Below are positions 24,661 through 46,933 of a stretch of DNA of 64,000 bases, one piece after another. Position 1 is the stretch's first letter. The number at the start of each line of letters is the position of its first letter. The position numbers and the translations under genes were made by a program. The notes below the pieces were generated by a model. The model saw only the letters and a list, made by a program, of their open reading frames with translations. It ran no database searches and was not told the DNA's origin. The stretch is from assembly GCA_965203295.1 (NCBI GenBank), contig CBDBCZ010000017.1:2240001-2304000 (forward strand), given 5' to 3'. This DNA comes from Nitrospirales bacterium. Lineage in GTDB: Bacteria; Nitrospirota; Nitrospiria; Nitrospirales; UBA8639.

Positions 24661-24884
24661 TATTATACAAACGCTTGCTGAGATGCGTTACAGGATTAGT
24701 TTCCTCGCGCTAAGGCGCTCGGCAATAATAACTATGCCATACTACATCCAAAGGGACCAAAATTGGGCCAATTCTGCTGGAAGATGTAGCTGGGGGGGTG
24801 GGTCAATTTTCCAATGGTCCTGGGACCATTTCTTCCAGGACCAAGATGCCAGACACATCTGGATTTTGTTGGAACTATATTATA

Positions 24885-36600
<11,716 letters not shown>

Positions 36601-37671
36601 AAGTTTTAAAATAACTTTAAAAAAGTAAAAAGCATGTAGGGATGGCACTGTACAGAAATAACAAAAGCAAAAAACTTTACAGAAAAATCATTAAAGAACA
36701 TGTATCACATGGATAGAATCCCCAAAAAGTAATCAAACAAGGTAGGAATGTCACCACAGAACTTTCATGGATTACTGGATTGCCATCCCTACATCTTGCC
36801 AACCACACACACACCACAATCCCCTCCATGCAGCTTCTAGTGCAGGTCTTTGCAATGTATTTTTATACTAGCCTCGTTCCCAGGCCTCTACATTGAATTT
36901 AATAATTTGGGGGTACATTTAAATGTGTAAAATAATAACTGTCCAGTTATACATAGAGAGTCATGATGAACAATAGTGTCAATTGCTGACCAGTTGTCTG
37001 AGCTGCGTTATTTGTAAGGTGGAGAGTGCTGAGTCTAGTGCATATACCAGTGTATAGGCTTTATATACATAAATTTTGGGGCCTGTACATGTGAATATGG
37101 CTGTTGTGATTGTAGGGGTATATGTAGTTTGCTGCAATTATTCATGCTGATGAACATGGCAATTGAAGGGCTGAGAACCAGTCTGAGAGTAGTCTAATTA
37201 TATACATCCATGCTTGTGATACTTGCAATTTCCTGCACTTAGTTGGTGCACTCTGGTTCTTGGCCCTTCCATTACTGTGGACAGGAGTATTAAGTCAACA
37301 GTGCTAATTGCTGCTAAGGAATATTATATACAACTATATTATATAGCTATTATAGCTATTAGGTTTCAGTGTGGGATCAGATACCTTGTATGTCTATATA
37401 GTACACGTATATGTAACTTGGGCGTGGATACCTTGGTGTGGAATGGAGGGGATTGTGGTGTGTGTGTGGTTGGCAAGATGTAGGGATGGCAATCCAGTAA
37501 TCCATGAAAGTTCTGTGGTGACATTCCTACCTTGTTTGATTACTTTTTGGGGATTCTATCCATGTGATACATGTTCTTTAATGATTTTTCTGTAAAGTTT
37601 TTTGCTTTTGTTATTTCTGTACAGTGCCATCCCTACATGCTTTTTACTTTTTTAAAGTTATTTTAAAACTT
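36601..37671. repeat. 229-bp inverted repeat (36601-36829 versus 37443-37671) with a 613-bp spacer
   Basis: Arms appear identical by eye in reverse complement. Each arm contains its own ATGTAGGGATGGCA/TGCCATCCCTACAT pair. Confidence 0.92.
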
Positions 37672-37779
37672 GTTTCTACTCTTTTTTTGGGAGAAAGGAA
37701 GGGTGGTTCTGAATGTTTGGTATTAGCATTAGATGGTAGGAGTTGACTCAGTGTGGTTCTGTACATGTAGGGTTGAAGT

Positions 37780-39240
37780 TCAGCATTGTATTGATATGAG
37801 AATACTGAAGACATTCAATGCACTGGGCTCTGCATAGGAGGTGGGGATGTTGAATTTGATGGTGGTGTTATTTATATAAAATGGGGAAGATGCCATTATA
37901 GAATGAACAAATTGTATAATGGATGTTACAGTTATAACAAAGTTACCATTGATGCAGATATATGAGGAGGTGAGAGAGTAAACAATTGGGAGGAAAGAAG
38001 ATGTAGCCATTTAGAATTGAATAGAGTAGGACAAGATTGCAATTTTACAATGGGTGAAAAGAGTGGAAAAGTTGAATTTATGAAGTGATTTATAAATAGA
38101 GAGAACCAAGAATAGAGGCCCGAGGAGCATGTGAAGGAAGTACTAAGATGTACATGATGAATAGATGTTGATTACGACTTGTTATAGTTCATTGGTGAGA
38201 TAAGTATGCTCTCAACAGAGGAGGAAGACCAGTACACGAGAGAGTGCTCCCAACAGAGGAGGAAGACCAGTACACGAGAGAGTGCTCCCAACAGAGGAGG
38301 AAGACCAGTACACGAGAGAGTGCTCCCAACAGAGGAGGAAGACCAGTACACGAGAGAGTGCTCCCAACAGAGGAGGAAGACCAGTACACGAGAGAGTGCG
38401 CCCAACAGAGGAGGAAGACCAGTACACGAGAGAGTGCTCCCAACAGAGGAGGAAGACCAGTACACGAGAGAGTGCTCCCAACAGAGGAGGAAGACCAGTA
38501 CACGAGAGAGTGCTCCCAACAGAGGAGGAAGACCAGTACATGAGAGAGTACGAAGAAGACTTTGGTGGTGACAAGTTAAACACCTTGCGTAAATCAGAAA
38601 ATAACAGCCAGAATAGCATGAATTTGGCAGAGAGAACAATGATGAGCAAAAGAGGGAAGAGTGGAGACTCCAGAATGAAAAGCAAACGGTATCAGATATT
38701 GATGAGGATAGGTAATAAAGGAGGGCGTAGATTAAGCATGTGGGAGGAAATTGCATTAGAACCACAGGAAGAAACAAAAGAGGAAATAATTGGGCAAGCT
38801 GAATTACAAGAGCTGCAAAAGGAGTCATTAAGAAGGATAGCTTTGGAAGAAGAATTTGGCTAATCTCAATTTGTTTTTTTTTGAAAGAATTGGAGTAGAC
38901 AACCCCAGTCGGAAAGAGGAAGATAGAAGTTGTCTTAACAAGCGACCAGAAGTGACGAGAAGTCGGAGAGGAAGAGAGATGAGCAAATAACTTAGACCAA
39001 TGATAAGAGAGAGTATTGCGAAAACAAAACCAAGTGAGAGGAGTTTCAAAGTTTGACATACTGGAACAAAGCATTTATTGAAAGAAAGGAACGAGTGAGT
39101 ATTCCAAGGTGGGTGGGGAAGAGAGGATATCAGTTTGGTATGGGGACTGGAAAGTGAATAATTTGCAGGAAAGTGAACTCGAAAGTTAGCCAGGCAGAGG
39201 TAACAATCACAGGAAGAAAGAATAGAAGACACGAAAGATT
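37780..39240 (-). pseudogene. Degenerate non-LTR (LINE, CR1/L2-like) reverse-transcriptase remnant inside the Helentron
   Basis: Scattered minus-strand peptides resemble LINE ORF2 motifs: RHFWSLVK, LFSDLRKVFN (compare FFDLRKAFD), SLLRTLSCTGLPPLL, and LLGPLF (compare GSVLGPLLF). Many frameshifts. Confidence 0.5.
38206..38548. repeat. 38-bp minisatellite, about 9 near-identical copies
   Basis: Unit GTGCTCCCAACAGAGGAGGAAGACCAGTACACGAGAGA, head to tail without spacers. Confidence 0.97.
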
Positions 39241-39272
39241 GTAAAAGTCATGTGTTTGGTATTGGATGGAAA

Positions 39273-39795
39273 CTTCTCGCCTGGACGTTGTAGTATATGG
39301 TGGAGCCTTCTCGCCTGGATGTTATAGTATTGGGTGGAGCCTTCTCTCCTGGATGTTATAGTATTGGGTGGAGCCTTCTCGCCTGGATGTTATAGTATTG
39401 GGTGGAGCCTTCTCTCCTGGATGTTATAGTATTGGGTGGAGCCTTCTCTCCTGGACGTTATAGTATTGGGTGGAGCCTTCTCGCCTGGATTTTATAGTAT
39501 TGAGCGGGGCCTTCTCGCCTAGACGTTGTAGTATATGGTGGATCCTTCTCTCCTGGATGTTATAGTATTGGGTGGAGCCTTCTCGCCTGGATTTTATAGT
39601 ATTGAGTGGGGCCTTCTCGCCTAGACGTTGTAGTATATGGTGGATCCTTCTCTCCTGGATGTATAATATTGGGTGGAGCCTTCTCTCCTGGATGTTATAG
39701 TATTGGGTAGAGCCTTCTCTCCTGGATGTTATAGTATTGAGCGGGGCCTTCTCTCTTGGATGTTATAGTATTGGGTGGAGCCTTCTCGCCTGGAT
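39273..39795. repeat. 34-bp minisatellite, about 15 copies with 34/35-bp variants
   Basis: Unit CCTTCTC(G/T)CCTGGATGTTATAGTATTGGGTGGAG. Confidence 0.95.
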
Positions 39796-40462
39796 AATGG
39801 TATATAGCAGCGGTTTTGAACATAACAAACCTACTTAATTACTACATGAATTATGCAGCCTTGTGCATGCAGTAAATGTGAGCAACAAGAGCACACTTAA
39901 ATACATATTCTTGTAGCTATCCTAAGTCTTTAGCTACGCTCACACTGGAAGCATGCATCACACATATTAGAGCGAGAGTAATATTTAGAACACATACTTC
40001 ACTCTTCCATCTGACATCGTCTTCAATGGGCCACATCTTCTACAAATGATTGAATATAGGAGGCTTTTATTAACCACACACATGATTAATGAAACACGGG
40101 AGTTGCCTTGGCAGTAGGAGTGAGTGGGTTACAGAAAGCAGAGGTGTCTGGGAGCACAACTCAAGGCAAAGCTGCTTTGAGGTGCATCACAAGCTCAATG
40201 CAAACATTAAACAGTTGCAGAGCACTCAGAATCTCAACTCTGTTGGAATGGAGTGCAATTGGAACATGTCCCTTTCTTTGGAAAGAATATCAATTGCATC
40301 ATCACACTCTTCTTTGCAAGAGGAGATCTCTCTGTTGTACCCACTCACATCAGCTACAACTCCCGGCATGCTTGCACAGAGCAAGACTTTGGTAATGACA
40401 GGACACAATTGGTTGCCTGTACATACTCAGCTTGTATACATTACAGAGACAAGCTACATAAC

Positions 40463-43400
40463 TCAATCGAGAACTGGAATTACACAGTCATAATGGTCCA
40501 GTGCTCTTGTATTGTATAAATACAGTGCATAGTTGTGTACAATGTTTAAGCCGTGTACACTAGGTCCTATGCACTGCCATGCTCGACCCGGTCCAAAGTT
40601 TTGACGTACAACTATGTTTACATCGAGCATGCAGGAAAGCAGGAACACCTCAAGATCAGTGCCCCATTCACCAAACTCTGCCATGTGTGAGTTTTCCAGG
40701 TACTCATGCACCTTGGTGTTAAAGAAAACTCTACGTTCGTTTGGCTCAACTGGAGCATCCACCCCAATTAAGATGTATTCTATTAAGGATGAATTTTGGT
40801 GTAGATAGTTTACAGCTGCTTTCCGAACAGCATAGTGGTTAGATTCCGTTCCTGTTACGTGCCTTGAAATAGCACGAAACAAACAATTGCCATCTCCTTG
40901 CACTCTCACACGTATGTGTGGAGATATTTCATTGCACTGCAATGAACGCACACGGTCTGGAGATGAAACTTTGTCGACCACAGACATTTCACTATACTGT
41001 GACAGAACACAAATCTTTTGTCTCTGCCAGAGATCATCTGGAAGTGGTCGATTAATGGCATTAGGGGGTGTACAGTGCTCACTACCACAATAGATGACAG
41101 TGCCATCACTGACATCCAGAGAGCTCTTGCTGGTAGGAGGACTATGTTTGGGCTTTTTGGCCTCCAGCTTTGAACTGCATGGGAGTTCTCCCAAATGCTT
41201 TCTTTTCCTAGAAAGGCGTGTTTTTTTGGATTCAGGCTCTATGCATGGAGTATTTCCAGTGAGCTTACGTTTAGTACCTGTTGTAGGTTTAACCAGCAGT
41301 GGATATGGTTTAAGGTCTGGTCTATACACTTGTCTCAAGCGATTCACTTCTTTGAGACAGCTAGTGCTAACCATGATGGAGCTCGGGTCGAATGCAACCA
41401 GGTGTACCCCAGCTAGCGTTCGAACTCTCGATATTGCTACATAGGCCATTCCAGCACTAAACACTTTATCAGAGAGGTCTACTATGGCACAGTCCAATGA
41501 CAGGCCTTGGCATTTGTGAATGGTCACAGCATAGGCCAAAATCAAGGGAAACTGTTTCCTGTACACATAGAAATTTTTCATGACCATGAATCTGCTCTTC
41601 ACTTTTTCCACATCATAAGGCTCACTTATGTGGTCAAACTGAACAGAGACGTGATCACTTCGAATGGTCAGGACGGTACCGATGGCACCGTTTACTAAAC
41701 CAGCATTTGTGTCAATATTGCGGCGCAACATGACTCGTGCTCCGACAGCTAGCAACAGCTGGGCTTCTAATCCTGCTGTCAAGTTGCAGTCCTTGTTAAG
41801 CTTGTCAAGCTGTTCTGCTGCTTTTTTGCTCCACTTACGCGTACTGTAAGTTTCGTCAACTTCATCAGTACACAACAATTTATGTACTTGTGAACTGAGA
41901 CGACTGAGCATTTCATTGTTAAAATGATCGCATTCTTTTCTTCGTGGGAAAAGACAAACAGGGGATTGTTGAGATTGCTGAAGCTCAACGAACTTGTCCG
42001 CTACGGATCCCTGAATGACTCGTTTTTGGAGAATGCTAAGTGTTTCATCAGTTGGATGGCCACACCTGACACAATCCAACATCGATGAAAATTCACCGTC
42101 TTGTTTCTGACGCTCATTGATAGTCAGTTCGTCATAAGCGATAGCATCTTTCCAGATGTTGACAGATGTTGCGCATCCAAGTCTGTATTGGAGCGACTTC
42201 TGAGTGATCTTTTCAAATACAGGAAGTCCATTGACAGGCTGTAGTTGAAGTAGATCACCAACAAAGAGCACATTTTTAGAGCCAAACCAGTCTTGGCTAC
42301 CAAATAGCTCTTCTAGTCTCAAGTGCATATATGCAAAGTTGAGGCTAGAAACCATGGAAACTTCATCTACAATGATGATTTTCACACTCCGAAGTGTGGT
42401 TTTCATCACTTTTCGTGAAGATTTGGGGAGTGCCCAATATTGAGCTGTCTTCCCCTCATGTTCAATGGGCAACTGAAAGAGCCTGTGAATGGTTATACCA
42501 CCAACATTGAAAGCTGCTAAACCAGTCGGTGCTGCAATGGCACACGTTAAATCGTCAGAGGGCCAGAGGTCATGAACTAATGCCTTGACGGTTTCGATGA
42601 GGAACGACTTACCCGTTCCACCGACACCGCTGACAAACATGCGAAGCGGACTCAAGTCACAGCTACATTCATCAGCCTCATGCTGTTGTTGGTGGAGAAG
42701 GTGATCCTTAACTTTGTCAAAGATGCGCCTCTGGTCGGCATTGAGCATTGCTACTCTCTGTTTTAGGGACAGAGTGTCGGCAGGATGGGCGTTCATGTCA
42801 AACAGCTCCTTCATTGCCGTTTTTGCTTCGCCCAACAGCTGCGGATCATCATCTTGTTTGCTGATCTTGTGTTCTTCACCATCAGCCTGCCGGGCGTCAT
42901 TGATTTGCTTGATGTTAGCCCGGGCCTGCAACATCTTCTGCAGTCTGCTGTGATAGGCAGAGCAGGTGCTGTCTTCAGGCAACAAGCGCCGGAATGCTTC
43001 TTCGGCGGTTTCATTCTCAAGAAGCAAACTACTCTCATCTCTGAAGGGAACAAAGAGGAGTATCAGAGAATAGTAGTAGGCTTCTGTCTGGTCTTCTCTT
43101 TCTGGATCAAAGAGTTTGTGGTTAGGAAGTCGAGGCTTTGTAAGCTTTCTGTACTTCCTGTCTCCATTGCTATCTGTACCGCAGTAATCATAGTTGGCTA
43201 CAAAGTCATAGAGACAAAGGCCTTCTAGATCACTCGGTCTCCGGGGATAGTGAGTGTCTAAGAGGTTGTCCTGGAAGATGTCTTCACTGTCGGGGTCGCG
43301 CTTTGCGACATCTTCCAAGACCTTGTGGTCCTTCAACCTGCGACTCCTTTTGTGAGGCAGGGAGACATCTACCCACTTGACAGCGTCAGACTTCTCGGTG

Positions 43401-46400
43401 AGGTGGTCACCGAGCAGTAGATCGCTGGCCTCGTACAGCCCGCACTCTCGAGAGCGTAAGCTGCGCACGCCAAAGCTCCAGAGCTGACTGTAAACGCTCT
43501 TATTTTCGCTGACTTCATGCCAGATGTCCTGCAAGTTACTCTTTTCAGCTTTAGTAACATAGCCACTTACGTAGTGGGCAAGAGCCAGCGACGACTCGGC
43601 CACGTACTGCACGTCAACGTTGGCCTTCCACAGCATTAGGAGGAGAGGGTTGTAGTCATTGACCCTCACCTCCAACTCTGTTCGAGGCAACTGGTATATT
43701 TTCCTGCGCGATTTCAGAGCATCATCCACGCAGTTCAGTGTAGCAGTTTTACAGGCTTGGCGGGGAAAGCCAAACCTGCATCGGGTAATGAATGTTCTAC
43801 CGCACTTGCGTCTTCGTTTGCAGTACGCACTGCATTTGTGCATCTGGTATCTAGTGACCAGTCTGTGCAAGTCGGGATCAGTTTCCTTGTCAGGTATGTG
43901 ACAAGTGATCCTCTCCTGCAGCCAAGCTAGTACCCGTTCGGGATCATCGTGACCGATGACTGGAGCATCTCGTATCCACAAGAGCACGTGGTAATGAGGC
44001 GCACCGCGAGCCTGGTACTCCTTTTTCCAGTAATAGTGCTCGATCTCGCCGAGCACTGCACCTTTCAGTAGGACTGTGCGAAAGAATGCATGGAATTTCA
44101 GCGAAAATTTCCTGGACACCGATACCGGGTCGTCAGTGCAAAGCTTTCCTATGCTGTAGGACGGAGAAACATCGTTGACTTTTCTGAGATACCTGTCGAT
44201 ATCTGCAGACTCGTATTCAGCACAGCTGAACGTGAGAAACAGAGTGGGCGGCCCCGATGCACGAATCATGCACCGCAGCTCGCTCTGTTTCGCAAACCAG
44301 TACTGCTTCGTACCGCGCACAGACTGAAGCATCGTGCACAAATTGGCCTCGAGGTGTTCGTTGCGAGTCGCCACCCCATGCAACAGGGCACTGACAGACA
44401 TGGGCTGTCTTCTGGTAGATTTCAGCAGGTTGTACACACCTGCAGAGATCTCACGCATTTCCTTTTGCCACAGAAGGAAAAAGACATACTGGGGGTCTTT
44501 TCTGTAGCGCGAGTCTTTGTTGAGTAGCCGTGACTTGACATACTCACTGTGAGAAAGCTTCACCTGACGGGGGTGATGCTCACCAAACTGTCCAGTGGGA
44601 AAGAGCACCGGAAAGCACATAACATCAAGGAAGTTCTCACGATTGTCCAAGGGATCTTCCTTGATGTTTAGAACTTTGTACTGGTCTATGTCAGACTCAC
44701 TGGAGAGCTTATTGTCTAAGCTTCTGATCGTGTAGGCTTGAAAGCCGGCAATGTCATCTGTACTAGCTTTCTGTAGCATCGTACTGCTAGCACTATTGGT
44801 AACTTCCACTACCCGTTTGACTGCCTCATCAACAGACTCGACATCCACATCCTTGTAGAGCCAGTTGATTCCTTTTAGTGTTTTTGTGGCAGTCTTGACG
44901 AGGTCAACGTTGACTAGGCTACGCCACACAACTTCCCCCTTTGTTGGCCTACCATTCACTATTATGTACAGCTCAGGCTCTGGCAAGGCAGTGCTGGGAT
45001 GCTCTACCTCCTCCAGAGTCTTGAGAGTCTTACTGAATGGCAGGGGGAGAAAGAACATGGTACCTTTACACGCTTTCAGCGAATTGTACACAGGTACTTT
45101 GGCAGTGTACGTACCGAGCCTGACTACCGTTTGGTAGCACTTGGCACGTTGTATCAGCTGCCTACTCAAACAGTCCAATTTCGCCAATTCAGGCGGCATT
45201 GAAATTGTTTGCAATCCATTTAGGACACAACGCGGTGGCATTTCGTTTTTCTTGACAAGTGCTTTACAGTAATTACACATGTAAAGCACTTGCTCATTGG
45301 CATCCGGGTTTTGCTCTGCTATGAAGGCTTTCAGAGCAGGCCAAACCTTGAAACCAAGGCTATCAGAGAGTTTCACTTTCGTTACAGACTTTCTCTGATG
45401 CAGGCGTTCACAGCTACAGCATGCATGCTCTGGATCATCATCTATTTCTTTCTCTAGGTCACTTATTACCTGTGCATGTGCAATCAGCAACCGAGATTCT
45501 ACACTCTTGAGAACTGGGCTAGCAACAGCAGCATCAATGTGCTGCTCATAGCTACAGTCGAGTTCATTTGTGAACAACACTGCGAAATCAGGCACCTTGG
45601 TGATCTCCTTTAGGAAGTGCAAGTCACCAGTGCTGAGAGCCTTGTCTATGTTAAGAACACCCAAGTGGCTCGTAATTGCACTGTATACGTGATTCAAGAG
45701 CATTCTCAACACATTGTAATGGGTGGATGCTGCTCTGAGTATGCGAAGCTGACTACAGCATCCCCCACCATTGAAACAAGGCAAAGTGTGACCTTGCAAG
45801 TCAACAACGATACTGGCAGCATCTTCCCTAACAACAGCTTTAGTGTAGTGTCCATTAGGACACCCACTATCGCATGCATACAAGGCAGCTCTCAATTCTT
45901 CCATGGGTTTCTCAAATGCCTGTTTGAGACTAACCACGGCAGCTACTTCTGCTTCAGTGAGTGTTTTACACTCACTACTACAGCACCATTTCAGAGGCTG
46001 CTTCCCCTTTGTCTTGCTAGTTTCATTTCCTGAGCTGCTAATTTCATTAGCAACCACACATCTGCCATTCTCATCAATGGGAATGACACAGGCTCTCTGC
46101 ACAGGCTGATAGGCTGCATCATAGTAGAATGGTTCCGAGGAAGCAGTATGACACCCTTCCCCGAAATCATCTCGGCCTTTGATGTCGAGGCTACTGACTA
46201 CTCTTGCAGTCTTGAGCAAAGCACCAGCGTGCTCCTTGCGTACCTGCAAGACTTTGTTTAGCAGTCTTTTAGCTGCTATTCTACAGACAGCTTTGATCAT
46301 CACAGGAGGCAGTCGCTTTGCTGCACTCTTGTACTGCCTCTTATAGGCTTTCACAAGCTGGACCCTAGCTTCATCATCTTTCAACAAAAGCTGCTGAAGC

Positions 46401-46933
46401 TCTTTCACATAAAACTCCTTTGCAACAGGCTTAAGCTCTGCCAATGCATACCTGCCTCGTTGGGAAGCACATATTCTCCCCCTGTGCTTCTGATAGTACT
46501 TTTTGTACCATTTGAGCTTGGCTGCAGCAGTCCTGGCATAATACATGCGAGCTGCTACCCTTTTCTTATCGGGGTCAGCCCTGTAACTAGCACGGGAGGC
46601 TGCCTTCTTCTTATCAGGGTCAGCTTTGTAACTAGCGCGGGACGCTGCCTTCTTCTTATCGGGGTCAGCTCTATAGTTAGCACGGGAGGCTGCCCGAGAA
46701 GCTGCCTTCCTCTTATCAGGGTTAGTCCGGTAACTGGCACGAGAGGCTACCCGAGAAGCTGCCTTCTTCTTATCAGGGTTAGTGCTGTAATTGACACGGG
46801 AGGCTGCCCGGGAAGCTGCCTTTTTTTTATCTGGGTTGGCCCTATAACGGGCACAACAGGCTGACTTTACACTTTCCCTGTTTGCAAGGTACTGTTGTTT
46901 ATTCTGGGCCCTTTTCTTCCTCAAATTGCGCAT
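40463..46933 (-). CDS. Helentron-type Rep-Helicase transposase (HUH-Y2 Rep plus PIF1-family SF1 helicase) with N-terminal basic repeats and a C-terminal OTU cysteine-protease domain, 2156 aa
   Basis: Uninterrupted ORF. Rep motifs FLTFSCAE, EYQARGAPHYHVLLW and YVSGYVTK. Helicase motifs GVGGTGKS, IIVDEVSMV, GDLLQLQPV, AVTIHKCQGLSL and YVAISRVRTL. OTU motifs QGDGNCLFRAIS, WGTDLEV and HYD. Cys-rich CCSCERL..CNYC region upstream of Rep. Confidence 0.95.
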   Translation of the reverse strand: MRNLRKKRAQNKQQYLANRESVKSACCARYRANPDKKKAASRAASRVNYSTNPDKKKAASRVASRASYRTNPDKRKAASRAASRANYRADPDKKKAASRASYKADPDKKKAASRASYRADPDKKRVAARMYYARTAAAKLKWYKKYYQKHRGRICASQRGRYALAELKPVAKEFYVKELQQLLLKDDEARVQLVKAYKRQYKSAAKRLPPVMIKAVCRIAAKRLLNKVLQVRKEHAGALLKTARVVSSLDIKGRDDFGEGCHTASSEPFYYDAAYQPVQRACVIPIDENGRCVVANEISSSGNETSKTKGKQPLKWCCSSECKTLTEAEVAAVVSLKQAFEKPMEELRAALYACDSGCPNGHYTKAVVREDAASIVVDLQGHTLPCFNGGGCCSQLRILRAASTHYNVLRMLLNHVYSAITSHLGVLNIDKALSTGDLHFLKEITKVPDFAVLFTNELDCSYEQHIDAAVASPVLKSVESRLLIAHAQVISDLEKEIDDDPEHACCSCERLHQRKSVTKVKLSDSLGFKVWPALKAFIAEQNPDANEQVLYMCNYCKALVKKNEMPPRCVLNGLQTISMPPELAKLDCLSRQLIQRAKCYQTVVRLGTYTAKVPVYNSLKACKGTMFFLPLPFSKTLKTLEEVEHPSTALPEPELYIIVNGRPTKGEVVWRSLVNVDLVKTATKTLKGINWLYKDVDVESVDEAVKRVVEVTNSASSTMLQKASTDDIAGFQAYTIRSLDNKLSSESDIDQYKVLNIKEDPLDNRENFLDVMCFPVLFPTGQFGEHHPRQVKLSHSEYVKSRLLNKDSRYRKDPQYVFFLLWQKEMREISAGVYNLLKSTRRQPMSVSALLHGVATRNEHLEANLCTMLQSVRGTKQYWFAKQSELRCMIRASGPPTLFLTFSCAEYESADIDRYLRKVNDVSPSYSIGKLCTDDPVSVSRKFSLKFHAFFRTVLLKGAVLGEIEHYYWKKEYQARGAPHYHVLLWIRDAPVIGHDDPERVLAWLQERITCHIPDKETDPDLHRLVTRYQMHKCSAYCKRRRKCGRTFITRCRFGFPRQACKTATLNCVDDALKSRRKIYQLPRTELEVRVNDYNPLLLMLWKANVDVQYVAESSLALAHYVSGYVTKAEKSNLQDIWHEVSENKSVYSQLWSFGVRSLRSRECGLYEASDLLLGDHLTEKSDAVKWVDVSLPHKRSRRLKDHKVLEDVAKRDPDSEDIFQDNLLDTHYPRRPSDLEGLCLYDFVANYDYCGTDSNGDRKYRKLTKPRLPNHKLFDPEREDQTEAYYYSLILLFVPFRDESSLLLENETAEEAFRRLLPEDSTCSAYHSRLQKMLQARANIKQINDARQADGEEHKISKQDDDPQLLGEAKTAMKELFDMNAHPADTLSLKQRVAMLNADQRRIFDKVKDHLLHQQQHEADECSCDLSPLRMFVSGVGGTGKSFLIETVKALVHDLWPSDDLTCAIAAPTGLAAFNVGGITIHRLFQLPIEHEGKTAQYWALPKSSRKVMKTTLRSVKIIIVDEVSMVSSLNFAYMHLRLEELFGSQDWFGSKNVLFVGDLLQLQPVNGLPVFEKITQKSLQYRLGCATSVNIWKDAIAYDELTINERQKQDGEFSSMLDCVRCGHPTDETLSILQKRVIQGSVADKFVELQQSQQSPVCLFPRRKECDHFNNEMLSRLSSQVHKLLCTDEVDETYSTRKWSKKAAEQLDKLNKDCNLTAGLEAQLLLAVGARVMLRRNIDTNAGLVNGAIGTVLTIRSDHVSVQFDHISEPYDVEKVKSRFMVMKNFYVYRKQFPLILAYAVTIHKCQGLSLDCAIVDLSDKVFSAGMAYVAISRVRTLAGVHLVAFDPSSIMVSTSCLKEVNRLRQVYRPDLKPYPLLVKPTTGTKRKLTGNTPCIEPESKKTRLSRKRKHLGELPCSSKLEAKKPKHSPPTSKSSLDVSDGTVIYCGSEHCTPPNAINRPLPDDLWQRQKICVLSQYSEMSVVDKVSSPDRVRSLQCNEISPHIRVRVQGDGNCLFRAISRHVTGTESNHYAVRKAAVNYLHQNSSLIEYILIGVDAPVEPNERRVFFNTKVHEYLENSHMAEFGEWGTDLEVFLLSCMLDVNIVVRQNFGPGRAWQCIGPSVHGLNIVHNYALYLYNTRALDHYDCVIPVLD

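Noticed and set aside
38206..38548. 38-bp repeats as a CRISPR array
   Set aside because: Units are contiguous with no unique spacers, there are no cas genes, and the context is eukaryotic.
38172..39074. 300-aa and overlapping repetitive ORFs as genes
   Set aside because: They are open because the minisatellite lacks stops; the flanks are frameshifted LINE-like debris.
39273..39795. 34-bp repeats as a CRISPR array
   Set aside because: Head-to-tail minisatellite without spacers.
40614..46864. Numerous plus-strand and alternate-frame ORFs inside RepHel
   Set aside because: Shadow ORFs of a long coding sequence, with no recognisable motifs.
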